64,000 bases of DNA. Source: an uncultured delta proteobacterium. Its GTDB lineage: Bacteria; Desulfobacterota; Binatia; UBA9968. The position numbers and the translations under genes were made by a program. The DNA is taken from positions 208,462 to 272,461 of the forward strand of contig CAWFJP010000018.1 in NCBI GenBank assembly GCA_963816145.1. Reading direction: 5' to 3'. Below, one piece after another: positions 9,952 through 19,169 of the stretch (its first letter is position 1; each line of letters opens with the position of its first letter). Under the pieces are notes generated by a model. It was not told where the DNA came from. It was given only the letters and a program-made list of their open reading frames with translations, and searched no databases.

Positions 9952-10884
9952 TTATGTTGGTTCGATGGATATCACTACTTTTCCGCGGCCGTGCCTCGCA
10001 TTTACATTTCCCCTGTAGGCTTCCGCTGCCCGGGCGAAAGGCAACACGGCATCGACGAACGTGCGGAGCTCGCCCGCATCCAACATCGCGCCGATCCGGA
10101 CCAGCTGGGATTGATTCGCTTCGACGATAAAAAAGCCCTGCTTCACATGCTCGTCGATCGTAGCTTCGCTGTCCGCGGCGATGGTGATCAGCCTCCCGCC
10201 GGGCTTGAGCACGCTCCAGGATCGAGCCAATGTTTCGCCCCCGACCGTGTCGAATATCACGTCCATTTCCCGCGCCTGTTCTTCGAAACGCACCGACTGA
10301 TAATCGATGATCAGTTGAGCGCCCAACTCGGAAACGAACGAACGATTGCGCGCCGACACAGTTGTCGTTACATGAGCGCCGTGCCTGCGAGCGAGTTGTA
10401 TCGCGAAGACACCCACCGCACCGGCGCCGCCATGCACCAGCAGACGCTCGCCGGCTTGAAGCCGCGCGCGATCGAACAACCCCTGCCATGCCGTCAACGC
10501 GCCGATCGGAACCGAAGCCGCCTCGGCATGGGTCAGAGTAACCGGCTTGGGAGCGACACTGGTCGGCTGGGTGAGGCAAAATTCTGCGGTCGCGCCGTCG
10601 GCAAACCAATCGTTCATGCCGTACACTTCCTGGCCGACGGCGAAGCCGGCCGCGCCCTCGCCGATAGCCGCAACAACGCCGGAGAATTCATGCCCGGGGA
10701 CCGTGCGGCTGCGCGTTTCGCCGCTTTTGTTATGGGTTGTCGGGTACCAAATCAGCTCCTTCGAGGTGACGCCCGCCGCGTGCACCCGAACCAGCAACTC
10801 TCCCTTGCCGGGTTGCGGTCGCGGCACATCTTCTTCGACCAACACCGGTCCCTCCGCAGCATCTGACAAGCGCATCGTTCGCAT
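9952..10884 (-). CDS. NADP-dependent MDR (quinone oxidoreductase-like) oxidoreductase
   Basis: PGHEFSG, LTAWQGL, HGGAGAVG and GKVV. Confidence 0.88.
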   Translation of the reverse strand: MRTMRLSDAAEGPVLVEEDVPRPQPGKGELLVRVHAAGVTSKELIWYPTTHNKSGETRSRTVPGHEFSGVVAAIGEGAAGFAVGQEVYGMNDWFADGATAEFCLTQPTSVAPKPVTLTHAEAASVPIGALTAWQGLFDRARLQAGERLLVHGGAGAVGVFAIQLARRHGAHVTTTVSARNRSFVSELGAQLIIDYQSVRFEEQAREMDVIFDTVGGETLARSWSVLKPGGRLITIAADSEATIDEHVKQGFFIVEANQSQLVRIGAMLDAGELRTFVDAVLPFARAAEAYRGNVNARHGRGKVVISIEPT

Positions 10885-10905
10885 AGTTTAGCTCCGTAAA
10901 TCGGC

Positions 10906-11469
10906 CTAGGAAGCGCTCGCGTTGCGCTCGACCCAGCCGGCGTATGCGGTTATGAACTTCTGCAAGAATTCCCGCGTGCTGTTATCCGAGAGCGCGCCCT
11001 TCTCGTCGAATTTGGCGGAAACGCCGCCGATATACGCCTCCGGCATTTGCAGGCACGGCATATTGAGAAAGACCAGCGATTGGCGCAGATGATGGTTGGC
11101 GCCGAATCCGCCGATCGCCCCCGGCGAAACGCTGACGATTGCGCCCGGCTTGCCGTCCCAAACGCTTTTTCCATGGGGACGCGAGCCGACGTCGATGGCG
11201 TTCTTGAGCGGCGCGGGAACCGAGCGGTTGTATTCGGGCGTCACGAACAGCACCGCGTCGTATGCTTTCATTTGCTGGCGAAACTCCGTCCACGCCCGCG
11301 GCGGCTGGCCGTTGTCGTCAAAGTCCTGATTGTAGAGCGGCAATTGGCCGATCTCGACGATCTCCGGCTGCAGCGAGGCGGGTGCCACGGCGATCAATTC
11401 CCGAGCGACTTTCCGGTTCCACGATGCCGCGCGCAGACTGCCGACAATAACTGCAACTTGTTTTGCCAT
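10906..11469 (-). CDS. NAD(P)H-dependent FMN reductase (ChrR-like)
   Basis: VGSLR..S.N, TPEYNRS, LKNAIDVGSRP and GGFGANHHLRQ. Confidence 0.92.
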   Translation of the reverse strand: MAKQVAVIVGSLRAASWNRKVARELIAVAPASLQPEIVEIGQLPLYNQDFDDNGQPPRAWTEFRQQMKAYDAVLFVTPEYNRSVPAPLKNAIDVGSRPHGKSVWDGKPGAIVSVSPGAIGGFGANHHLRQSLVFLNMPCLQMPEAYIGGVSAKFDEKGALSDNSTREFLQKFITAYAGWVERNASAS

Positions 11470-11526
11470 GTGATTGATTCCTCATTTCCTTTCCAACAGC
11501 GGCAGCAAAATATAAATCACGATTGA

Positions 11527-11555
11527 ACGACCCTCGGCTTTAAGCTGAGGGTCGT
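11527..11555. repeat. GC-rich hairpin (terminator- or REP-like)
   Basis: ACGACCCTCGGCT-TTA-AGCTGAGGGTCGT, a stem with one G.T pair, inside the leftward gene run. Confidence 0.55.
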
Positions 11556-11572
11556 AAATTTGTCGACTGGAA

Positions 11573-11678
11573 GTCGACTTTTCTTTCCGTCATTCCGGCG
11601 TAGGCCGGAATCCAGATTTTTTTGGCCTTGCAGCGCTGCCGAAGATGGATGCCGGCCTGCGCCGGCATGACAAATCTT
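11573..11678. repeat. REP-doublet repeat family A (GTCATTCCGGCG...GGAATCCA / TGGATGCCGG...GGCATGAC)
   Basis: Two inverted palindromes. A homologous reverse copy lies at 18828-18958, with partial copies at 13589-13673, 19064-19086 and 50079-50105. Confidence 0.85.
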
Positions 11679-11744
11679 CACTCCGCGTGAAGGCACGGTT
11701 TTCGTTTATCAGCGAAACGAACATTGCACCGTCAACTCCAACGC

Positions 11745-12488
11745 TCACGCGTTGAAGCCGCCGTCGATAGTCAAACTCGCGCCGGTGACAAAGCCGGCTT
11801 CGGGGCCGGCCAGATACGCGACCATTGCCGCGATGTCGTCGGTGGAGCCGTAGTGCGGCACCGCCATGAACTTAAGCAACATCTCGGCGAAATCGCCCTT
11901 TGCCGGATTCATATCCGTGTCGATCGGACCGGGTTGCACGTTGTTGATGGTGATGCCGCGCGGACCGAGGTCGCGCGCCAGCCCTTTGACCAGTCCGACG
12001 AGACCGGCCTTGCTCATGGCGTAGACCGCGCCGCCGGCGAACGGCATGCGTTCGGCATTGCAGCTGCCGATGTTGATGATGCGCCCGCCCGACTTCATGT
12101 GTTTCACTGCGGCCTGGGTGGCGACGAACACGGCGCGCAGGTTTACTGCCACGGTGCGGTCAAAGTCCTCTAACCGGTAGTCCTCGATCGGCGCCATCGC
12201 CGCGACGCCGGCGCTATTGACCAGGATGTCGATACCGCCGAATTCCGCAACCGTCCGCTCCACGGCAGCAGACACCGCGTTGGCATCGCTGCTGTCGGCA
12301 TGAATCGCCAGCGCGTTCACGCCAAGCCCTTGGGCGGCTTTGACCGTTTCGTGCGCTTGCTCCGGTCTGCTCACATAAGTCAGCGCGACGTCGGCGCCTT
12401 CGCGGGCCAGACGTTTGGCGATGCCGGCGCCGATGCCGCGGCTGCCGCCCGTCACCAAGGCGCGCTTATTTTGCAGTGATTGGCTCAT
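11745..12488 (-). CDS. Short-chain dehydrogenase/reductase (FabG/BdcA-like)
   Basis: TGGSRGIG, YAMSK, NNVQPGPIDTDMNP and IDGG. AAGGAG RBS before MSQSL. Confidence 0.9.
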   Translation of the reverse strand: MSQSLQNKRALVTGGSRGIGAGIAKRLAREGADVALTYVSRPEQAHETVKAAQGLGVNALAIHADSSDANAVSAAVERTVAEFGGIDILVNSAGVAAMAPIEDYRLEDFDRTVAVNLRAVFVATQAAVKHMKSGGRIINIGSCNAERMPFAGGAVYAMSKAGLVGLVKGLARDLGPRGITINNVQPGPIDTDMNPAKGDFAEMLLKFMAVPHYGSTDDIAAMVAYLAGPEAGFVTGASLTIDGGFNA

Positions 12489-12615
12489 TGAAGTTCTCTC
12501 CTTGCGGAATTGGATATTCCTCTCGCCAAGGCGCCAAGAACGCCAAGTTCGGATCGACATTTTTCTTTGCGGGCCTTGCGTCTTTGCGAAAGATATTCCG
12601 AAATTCGCATATAAC

Positions 12616-13053
12616 TTATTTGTCGAAAGTCGTGAGTTGCGCGCCGTCGTCGGCGGCGAAGATCGCGAGCAGGCTCGCCGACTCTTTATTGCTGGCGTTT
12701 TCGCTGACCAGATGGCGGCTCCCAGGCGGCTCGAAAAAGCTCTCGCCAGCCTTGTAGACTTTGGCCGGCCCGGTTGCGGAGTTTTCCGAGCGGATCGCCC
12801 CCGAAAGTACGTAAGCGAAGACGCTGCCGGCATGGCGATGCGCGCCCGACTTGCCTCCGGGAGCATAGTTCACCAGGATCGCGGTAAGGTTCTTACCGGG
12901 CACGTTGCCGAGCTTCTCGGCAGATACCTGCTTGGTCTGGACGCCCACTTCTTCGCCATCGGCACTCGACAAGGTTCCGATCCAGACAGCACTGCAAAAC
13001 ACCAGTACGCCACTGGCCATGATCCAGCCGGAGTTTGTAAATGATCGGTTCAT
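12616..13053 (-). CDS. Exported cupin-domain protein
   Basis: Signal-like N-terminus, then HRHAGSVFAYVLSG and GESFFEPPGSRH cupin motifs. Confidence 0.85.
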   Translation of the reverse strand: MNRSFTNSGWIMASGVLVFCSAVWIGTLSSADGEEVGVQTKQVSAEKLGNVPGKNLTAILVNYAPGGKSGAHRHAGSVFAYVLSGAIRSENSATGPAKVYKAGESFFEPPGSRHLVSENASNKESASLLAIFAADDGAQLTTFDK

Positions 13054-13316
13054 GGTTTTCTCTCCTGCTCCCGGACCATCCATTCTCGTATGTAGGGCGA
13101 GCAGTGGAGCAGTTCGATGTTGTCCTCTTCGCAGGTATTGAGAAACCGCACGACCTCAACGTCCACGAGCATTACGCCATCTAGGTCCAGCGCGATGGGC
13201 GGATGATCACATTTTATTTCGGTTTTGAATTCATCGAGATGCTCCGATCTCAGCCGACCGCTCAGACAAATGATCGTTTTTCCCTCGTCGTAAACTTTTT
13301 CAATTTTTACTGTCAT
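13050..13316 (-). CDS. Small STAS-like protein
   Basis: IICLSGRL...IALDLDGVMLVDVEVVRFL...CSPYIREW. Overlaps the cupin start by 4 nt (ATGA). Confidence 0.65.
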   Translation of the reverse strand: MTVKIEKVYDEGKTIICLSGRLRSEHLDEFKTEIKCDHPPIALDLDGVMLVDVEVVRFLNTCEEDNIELLHCSPYIREWMVREQERKP

Positions 13317-13351
13317 CTGCGATTTCGTTGCCTTGGATGGTTACACACCTG

Positions 13352-13367
13352 TGCAACGACGAGACCA
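13352..13367 (-). promoter_or_regulatory. Sigma-54 (-24/-12) promoter
   Basis: Minus strand TGGTCTCGTCGTTGCA has exact GG-N10-GC spacing, about 35 bp upstream of the first gene of the leftward run. Confidence 0.7.
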
Positions 13368-13371
13368 TCTG

Positions 13372-13384
13372 TAAGTATTTGAAA
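13372..13384 (-). promoter_or_regulatory. IHF-like binding site
   Basis: Minus strand TTTCAAATACTTA versus consensus WATCAANNNNTTR (one mismatch). It lies between the promoter and the enhancer boxes. Confidence 0.45.
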
Positions 13385-13409
13385 CTTTTGCAATCAACGT
13401 GGATGCACG

Positions 13410-13443
13410 TGCCGAAATTTCAGCATTTGCTGAATTGTCGGCA
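13410..13443. promoter_or_regulatory. Paired palindromic upstream activator sequences (putative bEBP sites)
   Basis: TGCCGAAATTTCAGCA (13410-13425) and TGCTGAATTGTCGGCA (13428-13443). Each is an imperfect palindrome, and they match as inverted copies at 14/16 positions. Confidence 0.6.
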
Positions 13444-13672
13444 AACATTTGAAAAATCAACTGGGCTATTGATGAGCGCCGAGCCGTAGCAGAATGCGGC
13501 GATTCGAGGTTATGCAGGAAGTAAAGTTTGTAGCGGCGAAAGAAGCGACCGTGCTCCTTTTCGTGACCCGTAAATCGATTTGACCAAACCCCGGACTCGA
13601 TCCAGGGCCTGAATCCAATTTTTCATTGCCCTTGCAGCGCTACCGAGGATAGATGCCGGCCTTCGCCGGCAT

Positions 13673-13912
13673 GTGGGAAGAATGAAAGTGAAATTCGCCG
13701 AGGAAAGCCGATTTGGAGTTTTAGATCACGAAGTAACTCTGCCATCCGGGGTCAAGGTCTATAACCCCATGCGAGTCTTCCCAAACAACGACGGCAGTGA
13801 ATTGGTTTTTTCTCTGTATCGCCGACCGGACGTGTCGGATCAAGAGTTTGCGGATGATGCCGAGTCGGTGGAGAAGGACTTAGCGAAGTTGAAGACCTTA
13901 CTTGAAAAATAA
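13673..13912 (+). pseudogene. 5'-truncated SRPBCC/polyketide-cyclase-like gene
   Basis: FGVLDHEVTLPSG..VYNPMRVFPN..GSELVFSL...DL..LK.LLE is the C-terminal half only. It abuts a family A repeat. Confidence 0.7.
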
Positions 13913-14225
13913 ATGTCCGAGCAACGACGCCAGGGCAGAAGATTTTCAAAATCATACCTAGCGCTGCAACCGGTTGACCGGTATGCAAGAATTCAAGACC
14001 AGCTGCTTCATTCAAAGGTAGTCAAGTTGCAATTGCCTGACCCCGCATCCCTACTCGTATCGATCCGGTCCTTTGTCCCGCTTCGCAAACGATGCGTGAA
14101 TTTCATCGACGCTGCGCGAATGAAAGATCGTGCAGTTGATGATTGATTGGTTGACGATCCGTGCCAAATCGGCAATCCTCAACGACTGACGAACTAACCG
14201 ACGTTACAGCTTGGCTCAGCGTGGG

Positions 14226-14766
14226 GAGATCGAGTCGGATTTGTATCGTTGTCGGCGGTTCGGTAATTCAACGCGGTCCGATGCGCAAAGTCATCGCTTC
14301 CAAATAGATCTCGCGGCGGAGTCGGGAGTTTCTGCGGATGGAGGAGAAAGGGCAAGTGAGAAAACCGCAACTCTAAACTTCTGGTGCGACGCTCAGCGCA
14401 TCTTCGATGAAAGGCGCCGCCTCTGGATAGACCCGTTTCGCAGTTTCAAGGAGCAGCTTCGCCTCAACCAAGTCACACAAGATATCGACGGTTGGCGGCT
14501 CCTCGCTGTTTTGGGACGTGGCGACGATATTATTTTTGAGGACCGTATATTCGGGAGAGGTAATATCGCACGCCGCTACGAACAGGTCGTAGTGCTCAGG
14601 CGGCAGTTGGATCATCAGGCTCGTCACTCGTTGAAGCTAGAAACTTTTCAGTGAAACTACAAGTGCCGGTCGCGATCGAGTCGGCTCTGGACAGTTGCCG
14701 GCGGTACGAAGAGTCAACGGGGGCCGATGCGCAGGCTCTTCGTGGCCAGATAGATCTCGCGCCGGA
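14226..14766. repeat. Diverged ~95-bp direct repeats (14226-14320 and 14672-14766), 3' remnants of a DUF2721-like gene
   Basis: Both copies read GATCGAGTCGG...TCAACG...CCGATGCGCA...ATAGATCTCGCG. The minus strand encodes RREIYL.....LRIGP. Confidence 0.65.
14373..14627 (-). CDS. Hypothetical protein, 84 aa
   Basis: ORF with plausible globular composition. No family recognised. Confidence 0.6.
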   Translation of the reverse strand: MTSLMIQLPPEHYDLFVAACDITSPEYTVLKNNIVATSQNSEEPPTVDILCDLVEAKLLLETAKRVYPEAAPFIEDALSVAPEV

Positions 14767-14861
14767 ACCACAGCAAGCCAAGAAAGAAACTCAACATCGC
14801 CGCAATGAACAGTAAAGCCAGCGGCGGTTGGTTGATTGACAGTTCTTACCGTCCGGCCGAC

Positions 14862-17800
14862 TTAAGAAGTCTGCCGGGCTTTGAAGCGGTGCTTTTCGAT
14901 TCCCAGGCTCTTGATCTTCGACTCAAGCGTCTGCCGCGGAATTCCGAGCTTGGCGGCGGCGCCCGAGCGGCCGGCAATCCGGCCCTGGCATGCGGCCAAG
15001 GCGTTTTCGATCAATTCTTTTTCGTTCTCGACGAGAGTAGCGACTAAAGACACGACTGGCCCGGATCGTTGCCCGTCGCGTTTCAACCAGGTCTCGTCGA
15101 CGGAAAAGGTTTCGCCATCGCACAGCACCACGGCCCGCTCGATGACATTCTGCAGCTCGCGAATGTTGCCGGGCCAATCGTAGGCTTGGAACAGCTCCAT
15201 GGTTCGTTTGTTGAGGTTTTTGAACTTCTTGCCGGCCGCTTTGCCGTACCGTTCGATGAAGTACTCGACGAGCAATGAAATGTCGTCCGTCCGTTCGCGC
15301 AACGACGGTATCCGAATTGGAAAAACATTCAACCGGTAATAGAGATCCTGGCGGAACGTCCCCGCCGCCACGGCGGCCTTTAAGTCCCGGTTGGTCGCGG
15401 CGAGCACGCGCACGTCCACGGCTATCGGCTGGCTGCTGCCGACCCGTTCAAATTCCCGCTCCTGAAGCACTCGCAAGAGCGCGATCTGGGTTTCAGCCGG
15501 CAGCTCGCCAATCTCGTCCAGAAAGATCGTCCCGCCGTCGGCCAATTCAAAGCGACCCAGACGCCGTTGCATCGCGCCGGTGAAAGCGCCTTTCTCGTGT
15601 CCGAACAATTCCGAGGCGATCAGCGATTGCGGAATCGCCGCGCAATTCACCCGGATAAAAGCCCGCGACGCGCGCTTCGACCGTTTGTGAATGGCGCGAG
15701 CAATGAGTTCCTTGCCCGTGCCGGTTTCACCGAGAATGAGCACCGTCGAATCCACCGCCGCCACCTTGGCGACTTGACCGAGCACTTTGCGCAGCGCTGC
15801 GGACGAACCGACGATCTCCTCGAACATCGAAGCGGTGTCGATTTCTTCGCGCAACGCCAAGTTTTCTTTTTGCACGCGCTCTTCGACCTGCTTGCGGTCG
15901 TCGATATCGATTCCCGTCGCGTACCAACGGATGACCCGTCCGTCATCGTCCCGCAGCGGATGGTAGCGAACCAAAAACCAGCGATACTGCCCGTCTTTGC
16001 GGCGCGCCCGGAGCTCGGCTTCGAAGGCTTCGCCGCGCTCCAGCGCCTGCTGGCGTTGGTCGCCGAACTGCTCGAGATCGTGCGGGTGGAAAAGCCGAGC
16101 GCGAAAATCATCGCGCTTGACGTCTTCCAAACTCAGGCCGGTGTAATCGAGCACAACTTCATTGGCGTAGAGCAGTGACCCGTCCGGCGCCAGGACGCTG
16201 ATCGCTTGCGGTATCGCATCGACGATCCGTCGCAGCTCTCTTTCGTCTTTACGCAATTTCTCTTCGGCGCGTTTGCGATCTTCAATATCGGTTCTCGTGC
16301 CGTACCAGCGGATGATCGTTCCCTGTTGATCCCTAAGCGGGTTGGCGCGGATAAGAAACCAGCGATACTGCCCATTCTTATCGCGTAGTCTAGCTTCCAA
16401 CTCGTAGGGCACGCCGTGGGAGATTGACCGCTGGCGCTCAGCCAGCACTCTTTTCCGATCTTCCGGATGAACGAAAATCGCCGGACGGTCTTCCTGAGGA
16501 TCAGCCGGGGTAAGACCGTGGTACTCCCGCGCGACTTGATTGGCGTAGAGTCGGCGGCCGTCCGGCGCCAGGACAAATATATGTTGAGGCACTACATCGA
16601 CGATCTGGCGCAGCTCGGTTTCGCTTTGCCTGAGCTTTTCCGCCGCGTGTTCTTGCTCGATGGCGACGGCGGCCAGATGGGTTACCTGGTCCATGAGTTT
16701 TTGATGCTGCGCAGTGGGATATCCCGGGGTGCGCCGGTAGATCGCAAAGGTGCCCAATACTTTTTTATCGCAGGACAGTATCGGCGTGGACCAACAAGCT
16801 CTAAGCCCATGCCCCAAGGCGAATTCCCGATAGTCCGCCCATAACTCATCCGTCGCGATATCACCGACGACCACGGGCTCGCCGCGAAATGCCGCTGTGC
16901 CGCAGGAACCCGCAGCCGGACCGATCCGGCTGCCGTCGATCGCCTTGGTGTAATTTGCCGGCAGACTGGGCGCCGCGCCATGCCAGAGACATTGGCTGGC
17001 CGGTTCCAACAGCAGAATCGAAGCCAGGGAGTCGCTGGAAATTTCCTCAACTAGGAGACACAGTTCTCTCAGGATTGACGCGAATGAATCGCCCTTTGCA
17101 ATCAACTCGAGGAGGCGATTCTCGCCGGCCAGCAAGGTCTCCGCCTGCTTGCGGTCGTGAATGTCCGTGGACGACCCATACCACTTGGTCAGATTGCCGT
17201 GCTCATCGCGCACCGCCGTCGCGCGAACCAGGAACCACCGATATTCGCCGCCGGCGCTGCGCAAGCGAACTTCGACCTCCAGCGGCTCGGTCAGCCGAAC
17301 CGCCTCGCGCCACTGACTGTCGAACCTTACGAGGTCCTCCGGATGAAATACGCGTCGCCATCCCCAGCCCAAGCCGTCGTCGAACGATAAACCGGTGTAT
17401 TCCAACCAGCGCCGATTGTGAAAATCGCGCGAACCGTCTGGCAACCCCGTCCACATCAAACCGGGACTGGTATCGAGCGCGAGGCGAAACTGGTCTTTAA
17501 AGGTTTGCGCTTCGTGAAGCGCCTTTTCGAGCGCTTGCTGCGCGCCGATCTGAGCGCTCACATCCATCACCGCGCCGACAAATTCAACCAGTTGTCCGGA
17601 TTGGTTCCTCACTGCGCGCGCGGCGACTTTCAAATGTTTGACGGCGCCATCGGGCATCGACAAGCGGTGAACGAAAGCAAAATCTTTGCCTTCTAACGGT
17701 GCAGAATTTAGATAGCGCTCGAACTCGGGAAGGTCGCCGGGATGAATTCGCCGGCGCACCATCTCAATGGTCGGCTTGTCGACTGGATCGTAGCCAAAAA

Positions 17801-18374
17801 TGCGAAACGTTTCTTTGGACCAGTCGATCTCACCGGTTGCCACCTGCCAGGAGAAACTACCGGTAAGACTCAACTGCTGGGTCTCGGCGAGAACTCTTTC
17901 GCTTCGGCACACTCGTTCTATTAGCGGCGCTTGTTGGCTGACATCGCGACAGGAAACGAGTAGCAGATCCTGGTCGGCTTGATTGAAGTCCGCGATCTGA
18001 AATTCAACCGTTAGTTCATGCCCGTCTTTACGCCGGCAAACAGCTTGCAGCGCGGATTGCTTATCTAAACCTCGATTTCGAATACATTGGAAAAGCGCTT
18101 CGCGGCCTTGACTCGTCACCAACTCATAGATCGCCATGTCGAGCAGCTCTTCCTTGGCGTAAGCGAAAAGCGCGCTAAGGGTCGGATTGGCATCGACGAT
18201 TTGTCCTTCGGCATCGGTGATCAGAAAAGCCTGCGGCAGATTCGCCAGGACATTTTCGGCTTGCGATAAGCGGCGCCGGTAATCGTCGGGCTCGCGTTCG
18301 ATCAGCGCCGGGTCGATTCGATCAGACTCGCGGAGCTGCGCATCCTCTTCAAGTTCCGTTAAGTCGGCTTTCAT
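14862..18374 (-). CDS. Sigma-54-dependent enhancer-binding protein with ~5 PAS + GAF domains (FhlA-like AAA+/HTH)
   Basis: GETGTGKE, ELFGHEKGAFTGA, FLDEIGE, WPGNIREL and a C-terminal HTH. Repeated HPED..GxYRWFL..WYG..DI PAS units and a GSCGTAA GAF segment. Confidence 0.93.
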   Translation of the reverse strand: MKADLTELEEDAQLRESDRIDPALIEREPDDYRRRLSQAENVLANLPQAFLITDAEGQIVDANPTLSALFAYAKEELLDMAIYELVTSQGREALFQCIRNRGLDKQSALQAVCRRKDGHELTVEFQIADFNQADQDLLLVSCRDVSQQAPLIERVCRSERVLAETQQLSLTGSFSWQVATGEIDWSKETFRIFGYDPVDKPTIEMVRRRIHPGDLPEFERYLNSAPLEGKDFAFVHRLSMPDGAVKHLKVAARAVRNQSGQLVEFVGAVMDVSAQIGAQQALEKALHEAQTFKDQFRLALDTSPGLMWTGLPDGSRDFHNRRWLEYTGLSFDDGLGWGWRRVFHPEDLVRFDSQWREAVRLTEPLEVEVRLRSAGGEYRWFLVRATAVRDEHGNLTKWYGSSTDIHDRKQAETLLAGENRLLELIAKGDSFASILRELCLLVEEISSDSLASILLLEPASQCLWHGAAPSLPANYTKAIDGSRIGPAAGSCGTAAFRGEPVVVGDIATDELWADYREFALGHGLRACWSTPILSCDKKVLGTFAIYRRTPGYPTAQHQKLMDQVTHLAAVAIEQEHAAEKLRQSETELRQIVDVVPQHIFVLAPDGRRLYANQVAREYHGLTPADPQEDRPAIFVHPEDRKRVLAERQRSISHGVPYELEARLRDKNGQYRWFLIRANPLRDQQGTIIRWYGTRTDIEDRKRAEEKLRKDERELRRIVDAIPQAISVLAPDGSLLYANEVVLDYTGLSLEDVKRDDFRARLFHPHDLEQFGDQRQQALERGEAFEAELRARRKDGQYRWFLVRYHPLRDDDGRVIRWYATGIDIDDRKQVEERVQKENLALREEIDTASMFEEIVGSSAALRKVLGQVAKVAAVDSTVLILGETGTGKELIARAIHKRSKRASRAFIRVNCAAIPQSLIASELFGHEKGAFTGAMQRRLGRFELADGGTIFLDEIGELPAETQIALLRVLQEREFERVGSSQPIAVDVRVLAATNRDLKAAVAAGTFRQDLYYRLNVFPIRIPSLRERTDDISLLVEYFIERYGKAAGKKFKNLNKRTMELFQAYDWPGNIRELQNVIERAVVLCDGETFSVDETWLKRDGQRSGPVVSLVATLVENEKELIENALAACQGRIAGRSGAAAKLGIPRQTLESKIKSLGIEKHRFKARQTS

Positions 18375-18612
18375 AGGAAATCCCCAAACAGTCATCGTCA
18401 AGTAAACTGAGTCGGTCTCCTGCCATCAAACCTAACATCACGATAACGCCGTTCAATTAGCGGCTTCGAACAGCGAAATCAAAACTCCGCGAGAGACCCA
18501 ACCTCCGCTCCGACACGGATGAATCTCGATAGTCGCTTGGCTTAAATTACCGATGCCCGCGTTGGAGAACGATTGTCTAGTCAAATTTCCGCGGGTGTGT
18601 CATATTGCCAGT

Positions 18613-18762
18613 ATGGCAAAGACAAAGGCAAAGAAAAGATCGGGCAAAAATAAAATTGTCGCGGTTCGAGAATGGGCTCCCGGCCAGCCCTTCGACTCAA
18701 TAGAAAAGCGTCCCGTCACCAGCGCCAAAAAAGTTAAAATCTACCCGGCGCGACAGACCTAA
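18613..18762 (+). CDS. Small basic hypothetical protein (49 aa)
   Basis: MAKTKAKKRSGKNKIVAVREWAPGQPF..., Lys-rich. No clear RBS. Confidence 0.35.
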   Translation: MAKTKAKKRSGKNKIVAVREWAPGQPFDSIEKRPVTSAKKVKIYPARQT

Positions 18763-18796
18763 AAGTCACCCAGGATGAATAATTAAAGCCTCTCGT

Positions 18797-19086
18797 CCCT
18801 TCGACGTTGCGCAGGGCAGGCGTCGGCAAGATTTGTCATGCCGGCGCAGGCCGGCATCCATCTTCAGCGGCGCGGCAAGGCCAAAGAAAACCTGGATTCC
18901 GGCCCCGGATCGAGTCCGGGGCAGGCTCTGCGCCGGAATGACGGAAAGAAAAGTCGACCGGCAGTAGACTCGTCCTTTGGTGAACCCAGCGCAGAGCCTT
19001 TCCCTAGACCCGATCCGGGGCTGGACCCCAGTGTTTTGTCGGTGAAGCGAATTCGAAACGAAAGGCCGGCCTGCGCCGGCATGACA
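18797..19086. repeat. Mosaic cluster of palindromic repeats downstream of gor
   Basis: A CCCTTCGAC..GCGCAGGGCAGGC unit, a family A copy (18828-18958) with a nested 24-bp insert, a degenerate CCCGATCCGGGG unit and a half family A unit. Confidence 0.8.
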
Positions 19087-19169
19087 ACTCTTCACGCAGC
19101 CTAACGGCAAGAGAATTCAACCATTCCCTAGTTGGACATTGACCACGCGAGGCGTCGTCGCCTTGCCTT

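Noticed and set aside
11527-11555. IS200/IS605 end hairpin
   Set aside because: The resemblance is superficial, and no tnpA/tnpB or partner end was found.
11745-12866. N-terminally extended ORF-track starts (SDR, ADH 9129, SnoaL 6191, SBP 28141, gor 20681)
   Set aside because: The extensions overlap neighbouring genes or repeats, and internal starts fit family length, most with a clear RBS.
18766-19110. ORFs over the 18.8-19.1 kb region
   Set aside because: They are composed of palindromic repeat sequence that is open in several frames.
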